NCBI GenBank assembly: GCA_003693705.1
Contig: RBZT01000176.1
Span: forward strand, 1,539 to 65,538
Origin: Polymyxa betae A26-41
Lineage: Eukaryota > Protista > Endomyxa: Phytomyxea
DNA: 64,000 nt
Direction: 5' to 3'
Part shown: one piece after another, positions 28,201-38,428 of the stretch
Layout: the number at the start of each line of letters is the position of its first letter
Position numbering within the stretch: the stretch's first letter is position 1
The notes under the pieces: model-generated
Database searches by the model: none
The model's input: only the letters and a program-made list of their open reading frames with translations
What the model was told of the DNA's origin: nothing
Translations under genes and position numbers: made by a program

Positions 28201-28391
28201 TCGTGGTTAAACCTGAGCCACGAACATCACCTGCCATAACGTCTTCATCAGCAGCAGCGACTCTAACAGCAATCCAATACCGGGTAGGCAGGGGGTTGGT
28301 AGGGTTTTAGGGTTTGTTATCTTAAACGTGATATGTTCAGATTCATAGTAGATTAGAGCTAGCTGAAGTAGAAGATGTTCCAATGTTATAG
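25207..28391 (+). CDS. EF-hand + WD40 repeat protein, WDR49/EFCAB8 (cilia-associated)-like; multi-exon
   Basis: LFMKIDANSDGSVDWDEFTNYLL EF-hand followed by many WD40 repeats (GHTAPVQQV..SVDKTIKIWD, RRLITGADDGTLMIWNF). Confidence 0.85.
26128..26166 (-). repeat. Telomere-like repeat / G-quadruplex motif inside an intron
   Basis: aaaccctaacaaccctagaaccctagaaccctaaccccc within intron 26126-26175; five G-tracts on the - strand. Confidence 0.75.
28282..28316 (+). repeat. Telomere-like (TTTTAGGG) / G-quadruplex motif at the 5' part of an intron
   Basis: gggtaggcagggggttggtagggttttagggtttg at intron 28284-28340. Confidence 0.6.
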
Positions 28392-28415
28392 TGTAATATT
28401 ACCTGTATTATATTA

Positions 28416-28889
28416 TTAATTAATAATCTTATACATATATTGATGTTTAATACCAATCTCAATGAATGGTTCAGTATTAGGTATAATATTATATCCTAAT
28501 TTCTTATAGAATCCAATAGCATCTTCTCTTGCATGAAGCTCTATACGAACTTCTCCATCATATTCATTTGATAGATATTTCTCTAGAGTATGAACTAGAC
28601 CTGTTCCAATTCCATTTCCAACATGATCAGCATGTACAGCCATCTGAAACAATCTGCCTGTTAATCTCTCTAAATCGCTTAACTTGAATAAACAGCATCC
28701 AATAATACGATCATGATATATAGCTGATACATGCATTGTCTGAGATGTATCTTCACCTGGGAATATCTCTACATCTGTATCTGGACCTAAATGAGATCTA
28801 AGACGTAATCTTCGAAGATCTCGTTCTGATTGATAAAGATCACGATCAGGTAATGAATCCCCGGCCCAGACCTTGTACATAATCTTCAT
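28416..28889 (-). CDS. GNAT N-acetyltransferase (ElaA/YjcF-like)
   Basis: GRLFQMAVHADHVGNGIGTGLV (motif A) and LHAREDAIGFYKKLGY...FIEIGIKHQYM. Confidence 0.9.
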   Translation of the reverse strand: MKIMYKVWAGDSLPDRDLYQSERDLRRLRLRSHLGPDTDVEIFPGEDTSQTMHVSAIYHDRIIGCCLFKLSDLERLTGRLFQMAVHADHVGNGIGTGLVHTLEKYLSNEYDGEVRIELHAREDAIGFYKKLGYNIIPNTEPFIEIGIKHQYMYKIIN

Positions 28890-29145
28890 GATTGATGTTA
28901 TAACAATAGACAACTATCACAATAGACCGTCTTGTATTTGTCCTGTAAATAAGCTCTCTATTATCATTAATTAATATGAGCCATGCCCTAATACTGGCAG
29001 AGCTCAGCCCTGGCAACAGCCATGGCAAGGCTCCACTGTGAGAGCGCAACCCTGGCAACACCAGTCAGGTGACGCTCCACTGAGACACAGTCAGCACCAG
29101 GGTCGGCCCCAGTGGCAGAAGAATATATGACCAAGCCCTCTTAAA

Positions 29146-30417
29146 GTGCTGATGTCCGAGGAGGTGGTCCTTTGGATCATTCAAGCGGCCCGTGCCAAAG
29201 CCCAAATCGACGCGGTCTGCCGCAAGAAAGAAGCTAAGGCCGGGCCAAAGTTACCGCATATGTACACCATTAGATTCAACAAGTTGAAAATGCACAATAT
29301 GACTATAACCAGCATATCAGTGGATGGGACGTACATCCGTAAGGACGGTAACGTCTATAACCTTACTGAGCAATCGATACTTGACAATGATGACCTGTTG
29401 AACCAGACCAATCTGACCTTCGATAGTGAGCAGGATATAAGTGCCAGTCTCAACACTGCCAATAGTATATTCATACGAACCGGTGCGGTTGTGTATCCGA
29501 ACGGCGAGGTCTCCTTATTTCTGTACTTGCCATGCATAGTAGAATATCGCAACAATATAGGCAAAAGCCGATCTTATGGAACCGGGGATCGTACCTGGCA
29601 AACCAATTACCTTGGCACGTATGCATCAGTGGGCATAGGGGAGAATGTATTGGCGTGGCTAGCAGACAGAATCGACGACGAGATAGAAGACGCATCGATG
29701 CGTCCGCCATGGGAGGACGAGCGCACCACTAAAATACGCATGCACGACGGACACGCTTGGATGAACTGTAAGCTAGCCGCTCAAACTTCACAATCCAACA
29801 CTAAAACATTCAAGGCGTTCATACGGGTGGGTGACAATATAACCCCGTTACGCCTGTCGGAGTTCATGAACAAGGTGAAGGGAGACGTTTCGGGGTTAGG
29901 GCTATTCACCTTCCGCCTAAAACGCACCGGTAAGAAGGATCAAGCATCACCTTACACCCTCTCGATGACCCTTGTTGAGTTTAACGTATCAGCGCGGACA
30001 GATCTGTCAGGTCCACCAATAATAGAGAACGCACGTTCCACTATACCGGAACGTTATGCCTTGGACAAGTCACTGATAGGCTTTGCAGGTATGTCCATAT
30101 CCTCAGGTACAGTGAGTACTAAACCGTCCAGTATAGCTCCCGCACCTGCTAACAAAGGATTCTTCAACCCCAACCAACAATTACAGAGCCAGGCTATCAA
30201 AACTATAGGACCTTCTATAGCATCCACCGGTGCGATCATCGACACTGTGAAGAGCAAGGATGTTTTATCTAACCCCTCAGAACCTCAACCATCTGGTAAA
30301 TCTGGCGCAGAACTTGCATTCAACCAGGATGAACAGAAACATGCTGAAGAGGAGGATGAGGAGGAGGAGGATGAAAAGGAGGAAGATCTATTTATGCCTA
30401 ATGCGAATAACAGTTAA
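29146..30417 (+). CDS. Intronless orphan ORF, possible endogenous viral element; true start may be the ATG at ~29260 or ~29290
   Basis: 423-codon uninterrupted ORF with composition unlike the flanks; beta-rich core, P/A/S-rich linker and acidic tail; no cellular family recognised. Confidence 0.6.
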   Translation: MLMSEEVVLWIIQAARAKAQIDAVCRKKEAKAGPKLPHMYTIRFNKLKMHNMTITSISVDGTYIRKDGNVYNLTEQSILDNDDLLNQTNLTFDSEQDISASLNTANSIFIRTGAVVYPNGEVSLFLYLPCIVEYRNNIGKSRSYGTGDRTWQTNYLGTYASVGIGENVLAWLADRIDDEIEDASMRPPWEDERTTKIRMHDGHAWMNCKLAAQTSQSNTKTFKAFIRVGDNITPLRLSEFMNKVKGDVSGLGLFTFRLKRTGKKDQASPYTLSMTLVEFNVSARTDLSGPPIIENARSTIPERYALDKSLIGFAGMSISSGTVSTKPSSIAPAPANKGFFNPNQQLQSQAIKTIGPSIASTGAIIDTVKSKDVLSNPSEPQPSGKSGAELAFNQDEQKHAEEEDEEEEDEKEEDLFMPNANNS

Positions 30418-31190
30418 TCGAGACTGCAGGTGGTAGGTGTTGAGCATTTTAAAAATGCAACATATTTTCAACATGCAAGCTGTCTACATTCTACTTTTGA
30501 TAGACTCAACCTGCTCTATGTTTACTAATGTAACAATCCCACCAGTGGGTCCCTCCATGTCTTGTGTGCATCTGGTGTATATCCTGTTAGTGTTCGCATC
30601 CCGTCTGAGTGCGCCACTGCGGCACAGTCGGTTCCGTCAAAAACGGTGAAGAACCCTTCTAAAACACCGGCTAACAAGACCAAGGCCGCTCCGCCCAAGC
30701 CTAAGGTACAATCCCCTATTAATATCATTGGGAAAATCCACATCATCTCTTGACACAAATATCATCCAACTACTGCTGTATAATTTAATCCAATACATTA
30801 TCTTATTGTAGAACAACCATCGAATTCACATCATGTTAATTGCCTCCCAGGTGTTCAATTATCTCACCATTATCTATCATGATTTGATACAGAGATGCTA
30901 TCTTACAATCTGATAAAGACAAATTGCCAAAAAATTGTTTTCTTATAATCAATGCAAGCTATAAACAACCTCTCTAAAGCTGTACTTGATTTGAAACTTT
31001 TGTGAAAAAGTTTCGGATATCTCATTGATGACGAACCAAGTTGATAAATCGATAACGAAAATGTTGAACATAATGACATAAGCCTGTATTAACTCGTATA
31101 TTGAAGTTATATTGTTTATTGATTGAAATGAGCGGACTGAATGCAATTAAGGTGATTATCGCAATTAGATATTAAATCATAGTCGTTATC

Positions 31191-32425
31191 ATGCTGATTG
31201 TACGACAATCATGCCGGGCACGACTTTATTCCACATCTCAGCTACGTTCAATCGTATCTGATTTCCCACCTGTTGATTTCGCTATGGCCTATGGATCTGG
31301 TGTTATGCATCATGGTCATTCTGATGCCATGGTTGATCTCATATTTGGTGTTCGTGATCCTATTAGTTGGCATCGTGATAATATTCAACGAGGTCATGAA
31401 CATCATTATTCTCTACCAGCTAGAATATTGGGTCCTGATCGTATAGCTGCCTTTCAGAAGACAGCCGCTGGATTACATTTCAATCCGCTGATTCAATGGG
31501 ATAAGAATACGGTCAGAATCTGTTTTGCTCTCTTCATCATTAATCGTTTATTATGCTGTTCAGGTGGTGAAATATGGCGTTATTGCAATTGATGATTTGT
31601 GCAGTGATTTACAGAACTGGACGACATTATATGTGAGCGGACGCCTTCATAAACCGGTATTATTGTGCTGATTTATTCTGTAATGATAACAATTAATGCA
31701 GTATAGGCCACTATCTTACAAGCATCAGTTCAGGTACGAGAGCTAATGCGATTAAATTGGCGTCAGGCTCTCAATACCGCTTTGCTTCTACTCCCATCCC
31801 GATTCACTGATCGTGATCTGTTTCATACTATCGCCGGCTTATCGTATGCTGGCGATATTCGCATGAAACTTGGTTTGTGTTTTATCGTATTGTATCGATT
31901 ACGCGTTCTGATTATTTATAATTTAGGATTTGGAGAGAATCCTCGAAAAGTCTCGACTATTGTCCAGGCGAATTTCGCTGACTTTAAACGGTTATATGCA
32001 AGCTTTATAGCAGAAGCTCAGCAGTCTGGATATTTCCATCATGATTCATCCACAACGTACCTTGATTGTTCTCCTTCAGTTTCGCTTATTATAACTGCCA
32101 TTATAGAACGGAAGAGAGAGGCGCCGAATTCGTTTCCAATCTGAACCGTGACAAAGCCAGGGCGATTCTGTCACAATTACCAGAACGAGTTCGACAGCTG
32201 TGTTTTGCAGAATTGCATCCCTCTTGTCCAACGATGCAATCAGCTGAGGCGAATGCTTGGTCTAGGACGAATCTATCAGATGCTCGTCGTGCCCTGCGTC
32301 ATGCTATCGGTCGTATTGGATTAGAAGCCACGATCTGGCAGAGCTTGAAAGGGCTCTATACTGCTGGAGTTTCCAAATCCATCGCATATGCATATAGAAA
32401 ATCATTAAAATCAATGCAAAGATAA
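31191..32425 (+). CDS. TAM41: Mitochondrial phosphatidate cytidylyltransferase Tam41
   Basis: [56 protein letters not shown] and [10 protein letters not shown]. Confidence 0.95.
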
Positions 32426-32473
32426 TGGACACTGTGAATGCTTTAGAATTAGTGAGAGTCGGCCGATATTGCA

Positions 32474-33040
32474 ATGGACATCAAATTGTCAATGACCGAT
32501 CCCTTGTCCCATCTTGATTATGTTGAAGCTTATACCCAAGGAACCCCCAATTATTGCATCTTTCTTCATGATCATGAACCATCATCTCCACCACATCTCC
32601 TCAATCAGGACACAGAACCAATACGTCGCTACAAGAGACGATTGGCTGAAAAGGTTGCCACTCGTGGGCTGATGCCTAATCGGGCTTGCGACAATCTCGT
32701 TGCTATTGCCCTGAATTCGGCAGCTACAGCATATTCTCGGGTGCATTTCGGTGCAGAGTATTTGTGCAATCCCGAATATACTTGTCGTGCGCCAGTACAT
32801 CCTCGATACAAAACTCGGGTCGCCTGTGGTAATTGTGCCAGAAACAAGCTCGGCTGTGATTCTATTCGTCCATGCGGGCGATGCGTTCAGTCTGGCAAAG
32901 CAGATTCCTGTGAAGATCGGACACAGAGCAAGAAAAGAAAGATCAGTGAATCACCAGATCAGGAAACCAATGGCAAAAAAGGCAAAATTGTAGAAGATAT
33001 CACAGCAATATTTGCAGACACGACATGTTATGGAAACTGA
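32474..33040 (+). CDS. Zn(II)2Cys6 binuclear cluster transcription factor
   Basis: ACGNCARNKLGCDSIRPCGRCVQSGKADSC followed by a basic NLS (KKRK). Confidence 0.85.
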   Translation: MDIKLSMTDPLSHLDYVEAYTQGTPNYCIFLHDHEPSSPPHLLNQDTEPIRRYKRRLAEKVATRGLMPNRACDNLVAIALNSAATAYSRVHFGAEYLCNPEYTCRAPVHPRYKTRVACGNCARNKLGCDSIRPCGRCVQSGKADSCEDRTQSKKRKISESPDQETNGKKGKIVEDITAIFADTTCYGN

Positions 33041-33093
33041 CCATATATTATGCTCTAATAGTCTATTTACTGCAGCATTTCTTGATAAAATTG

Positions 33094-36000
33094 TCACCTA
33101 ACAGATCGAGCAGATTCTCTGTTTGCTTGGCTTCTGCTAAGTAGCTCGGCAGTTTCTTGTCGTTGCTCTAGAGATCGTTCTAATGCGCTCCGGATTAATT
33201 GCTTCATGTTTTCGTCTAAATCCTGAAATTGGTCTCAGAAATCATAAATGATAGGGACGTGATGATATTTACCGGCTTAATATCAGATCTATAGGCTCGG
33301 GCTGGCTGCGGTTCAAAAGGTTCAACTAATTCTGACGAAGGCTGCCCGGTGGAATCCCTTAACGAATCTATTTGAGCCTCTTCTGCCCTTAGCACATAAT
33401 CTGATCTTCGTGAGCCTGTCGATCCTGAGCTTGATTTGCGCTCAAACTCTGGTTGCACCATGATCGGTGGCTCAATAGTATTTCGACGCGAAATTTGCTT
33501 GGTTTCAGCAACTTCTTTCACCTATGTTGAATGAAACAGTGAAACAAAGACTTCTTCAACAAGTACCGCAGTCATTTTCGTATCCACCACCTCAGATTCG
33601 ATCGATATACGGCTGATTTGGTGTTTACTTGCTGGTGCATGACCTGAGAGTCGAGCTACCTGACGTCCCATCATACAAACAATAATACACGAAGAAATTT
33701 GTTTACGAAGTCTTGCTCTGCCATTGATTCACTTCTCCGCAACTGACGTTTAGTTTTAAGCAATGCAGCCTCAGCTGCTTCGCGATGCGCTACTGCCTGC
33801 TGCAGTGTTTGATCTGACTCTTCCAATTTCTGATAGAAAAAAACATTGAGGCATAGTGAAAATTCGACAGCATTTTCTTACCGCTTGAAGGATCTGGATT
33901 TCGGATTCGCAAGTCTCGATGCGGTCAGCTTGTTCTGATATCTGCAACCAACGTCAGGGCGTATACACAACAGTAACACGTTGCCATGCCTTTTGTAGAT
34001 GTTGAGCACGGGTTACTGCAATTACATCCATATCTTGCCTCATTTCCTCTATTTGAAGCAGATTCATCTGAATCTGGTTCTGAAGAGATTCAATTTCGTC
34101 TTGCAGCGGTTGCTTGGCATCAAAAATCCTCTTTTGACAAGCTCGATCGAGATGCGCTTTCCATTGATCAAGCACCTCATATTCATCAGTTTGATTAATC
34201 TCTAGAATTGAGTTTATCTGTTATCAAGTTTAGCTGTAAGCACAGAAAGCATCTATCCTACAAGTTGTCTATCGATATCAGCGTATCTTGCTACGACGAA
34301 TAAAGCGTTAGAGCATCGGGTCAGCTGCGTCTTGAATTGTCCAGTAGCCAATCGCAACTGCTCGGAATCCTCCATTGAGCTTTTCAGTTGCTCTTCAATA
34401 CGATCCAGTTCTTGTTCTTGCTTCATGACTTGATTACGTAACTGGCTTTGAATATTCGCATTGGCTTCAAGTTCAGCCTTGATGAGTGTAAATTTACAAT
34501 CAAATCACGTAGATGACCTTACCTGAATTGCTCGAGCTTGTTCTCGTTCTCTGCGATTGCTTACCTCAAGCTCATCAGCTTTGGCTTTCCAGCTATCACT
34601 TTCTGCCTTTAATATGCTGATATGCTGTTGCAGATTATCAACAACTGCATTATGATGCGTTTGGATATCATTCTAAAAGGAAAAATAAGAAATCGAATAA
34701 CTTCAGTTTTGCTTACATACAATTTGAGAAGCAAACTGCTCTTGTTGCTGTTTCAACTGAATTTCTTGTTGCTTAGATATTTGAACAGTAAGCTCATCTC
34801 TCGTGTTAGACACGCTAACTTTGGTGTTTCGAATCAATGATCTCACACGGTGAGCGAAATCGACAAACGAGATCTGTTTCTAAAATGAAATATCCCATGA
34901 TTTGCAAAAACCATCTTTACATTCAGATCACGGTGAATTTCGTTCAACTCACGTTCCATGATATTCTTATCTTCCCCTAACTTGGATCTGAGTTTAAAGC
35001 AAGTCTTTGACAGCATGGTCCGAATTTCATGCGACAAACGGCGATTTGATTCTCGTGATTCGATTACAGTTAACGCTGACGAACGCGAAGCTGAATCTCT
35101 CTCCTCGATAGCTGCCTAATTAACAAATCAACCGAAATGTTATATTTCAATGAGCAAACCGGTACATTTCGAGCCACTTCTAGATCCTCAATATGACCAC
35201 GAAGATCTTGGGCGGTTTTTTTAGACGCTTCCAAAGCTGACTCTTTAGCAACAAGTTTCGATTCCAAATCCTAACAACGCTTGAAAAGCTGACATAGATT
35301 ATTCACATCACAAGGAAGTACCTGGATCTGACGCTGAAACAATTTTGAATCCCCATCGATCTGATCATGAAGTTCAGGTATAGATCTTTGTAGTTTCTGC
35401 TTGTCATCCTGTCCAGATTCAGCTTTGGACTCCAGCCGTACTTTTAAAGATCCATTTTCTGCTTCCAACGTGCGACATTTTTCCTATGGCATTCGTAAAT
35501 TCGAATTTCCATCTAAACGCCAGCAAAGAAAGTACCTCTATCAGAATTAATTGCGATCTAAGTTGAACCTGAGCATTCTGCAAAGCTAACTCGTGCTGTC
35601 GCAATTCATTTCGCTGCTCCAGCTGCAATGCCGCTATATTCTTTTCATACTGCTCACACGTTCGACGCAGCTGTGCAACAGTATCATCTACCCTATTCCC
35701 TTCTGCAAAATCTTGGTATCGTCTCAGAGAAGTTCGCATCCCATCGCATTCTTTTTCTGCTGCCTTTAAGCGTACTGCCAATTCTTTCAACTGATCTGTC
35801 CGCTCTTCACATCGACTTTCGCTTTGTCGTCGCTTTTCAACCTTTTCATATTGAGCGTTGACAAAATTGAGCACCATGTCAACTTTACCTCATCACTGAC
35901 GAGACCAGATAGTCGACTAATATTTTTGGTTGCATCATCCAACTGTTGAGCTATTGAAAGCTTAGCGAATTATCACGAGGAGTGAATGCGACATTGTACT

Positions 36001-38282
36001 TAGATTTCGACAACGAGTTGATTCCGCATCTAGTTGTTTGGTCAATTGCTGAAACTGCTGAGTAAAATTATCAAGATCGCGTTCAGAACGTTGCAGTGAC
36101 AGTCGCGTCGATGACAGCTCAGCTTGCACAGCCGACAATTCAGCGAAAGTTCGTGACTTTTCTTGATCCAAGCCTGAAAATTATCAAATTTTACTCAGAT
36201 CTGGGCCCTTGCCATTTACAAGATAATTTTCGCTCATATTCATCGGATATTCGCTTTCTTTCATGCTCTATTCGCAGCTCCGATTCTTGCCGAAGGCTGG
36301 TTCGAAAAACCTCATTCTCTCGAACAACATTCGCCAACAGTGTAGCTTCATCCTTACTGGCGTATTCAGCCTCAGCATCTGAACCAAGAGTCGATCAGCG
36401 CTTAGCTAAAGATCCCGCTTAGTCAAACTTTTTCTTTCTTGTTCTTGTAGTTTTTGCTTTAGCAAAGTTTGGTAGTGGCGGTGAATTTTTCGGGCCTCTT
36501 CTTCTAAACGAGTTCGGAGCTCTAGTTCTATACTACGCTCGTTATCTGCTCGTTTCTCAATCAATTGCGTATTTAATGCTGCAAGACGCTCATGCCATTC
36601 TTGTTCCCTAGTCCGTCTCTACAGCAATTTCAGCAGCTGGACAATCGTACATTCCTCAGTATTCACCATTTCAGAGTTGTTACGATCCGCCTTATCGAAC
36701 TGGACCTTGGCTTCCTCTAGTCGCTTTTCCAGATCTTGGATTCGTTGCTGATATATTTGACGATCTGCATGCACTGATTCGACTTGATGTTCAGCATGGG
36801 CCAGCTGGTCTTGTAGTGACCGTAGTGCTTTGGCAGAATCTGTGATTTTTCGTTCATCTTCACGAAGCCTTGCCTACGTGTATGATTAGAACAAGGTTCA
36901 AAATGAAATGAAATCCAGACTCAGGGCACTATGAGAAACATTAAATGAAACGTTAACGCCATTGAATAACTATTGAATAGAGCAAACGACTGATTGTTAG
37001 AGACCAAATGCAACAATACGATATCGAGTATTGAAGTGCCGAAATGAAAGCCAAATCCCTTTCACATACTTTGAGTTCGTCTCTTTCTTTGCTCCATTGT
37101 TTCTTTCGATCATGAAGCTGACCTTCCATTGCCTCAACCTGCGACTGGAATTTTGCATGAGCTTGGACGTTGAGGTCTTCTTCAGCACGAACTAGTGATT
37201 CCACTTTGGCTCCCACAAGCGAGTATTTATGAGCTAGCTTCATTCTATACACGATTAAGAAGCATTCCTTGTTGTGATCTGATCAAAGGCCCTTACCTTT
37301 GTTGCTCAGATTTTCGCAATGCGGCTGCAATCCTTTCAGCCTTCTCCTTCAAGCTTTGACATTTTCTGAATGCTGATTGTTTATCTTGACTTTCTCTTTC
37401 GAAACGTTCCCTCAAAGCGTACATTTCTAAAATCATTAGAACAGTTAAACCAAAAGTTATACCAGTAAAAAACCAAAAGTTGAAAAAATTACCTGTAAGC
37501 CTGGTTTGGAGGGTTTGGATTTCAGCCTTTTGCTATCACAGCACATTCAAACTCATGGCAAGAATAATCAAAATTGCTGAGACCTGTTGATGCTCATGTA
37601 TCAATTGGTCATACTGGGCACATTGCTCATGCAATTGATGGTGAGCAACCCGTAACTGTTCCAAAGCAGAGCGCTCTGCTTCTTTATGGGCTTCAGCCTG
37701 TGCTCTGCATGCTTCTGCCGCTCGCTCTGCATGTTGAACCGCTTCCTCACCTAAGTATTACATAAGACATACGGCTTGATTAATGCATTCCTATTTACAT
37801 CGTCGAGAGTCTGCAACAGCTTCATCTGCAGTTGCGGCTTGTTGAGCTAAATGGTCTTTTAAATGTTGAAGTTCAGCATGTAGCTGTTCACGATGCTTTT
37901 CAGCTTCAACAGCAGCTTCTATCTGATCCCGAGTTGCTTCTCGAATGTGCTCTACATGCTGTTCAGCTTGCTGCTTTTCATAGATTGCCGCAGCTAATCT
38001 TTTCCCCTTTGCGGTTTTAGGTGTTTCTGTTTTTCAGTTTGTATTTTTTAATTGTACCTGTTCCTGAGTCATAGCTGATTGAATGACTTCACATATTCGT
38101 TCAACCGCAAACGGTACAGTGACAGGATTGGCAATCAAAGCTTGCAGGACTTCATCCTGGCCCAAGGACATGAAAGTATCTGATATGAAAGGCATCCATG
38201 ACTCAGAGATGACATTTGCTGATATTTGAGGTGATAAAGGAACTGATGAATACAGCACCATCCATGAAAAAGATGTTGGTCA
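33094..38282 (-). CDS. Large multi-exon coiled-coil protein (possibly centrosomal/basal body); 5' end uncertain
   Basis: A series of E/Q/K/R/L heptad-rich exons separated by short GT-AG introns; last exon DENMKQLIRSALERS...SVR*. Confidence 0.7.
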
Positions 38283-38428
38283 TTTCATTCTTAAGAAGAG
38301 TCACCTACATGCAACATGTCACACAGTTCTGAAATGGAGCTTTGGACTTAGTCCAATATTTATTTAGCGAGGACGAATCGCTTTTATGACTTGACGATAT
38401 TACGATGACAACAGTCAACTTAAGGGTA

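Noticed and set aside
26126-28340. Telomere-telomere chromosome fusion scar
   Set aside because: The orientation is opposite to a head-to-head fusion, and one continuous gene spans both tracts.
30437-30753. Short ORFs after the virus-like gene as a second viral gene
   Set aside because: Fragmentary, P/K-rich, split across frames and with no recognisable similarity.
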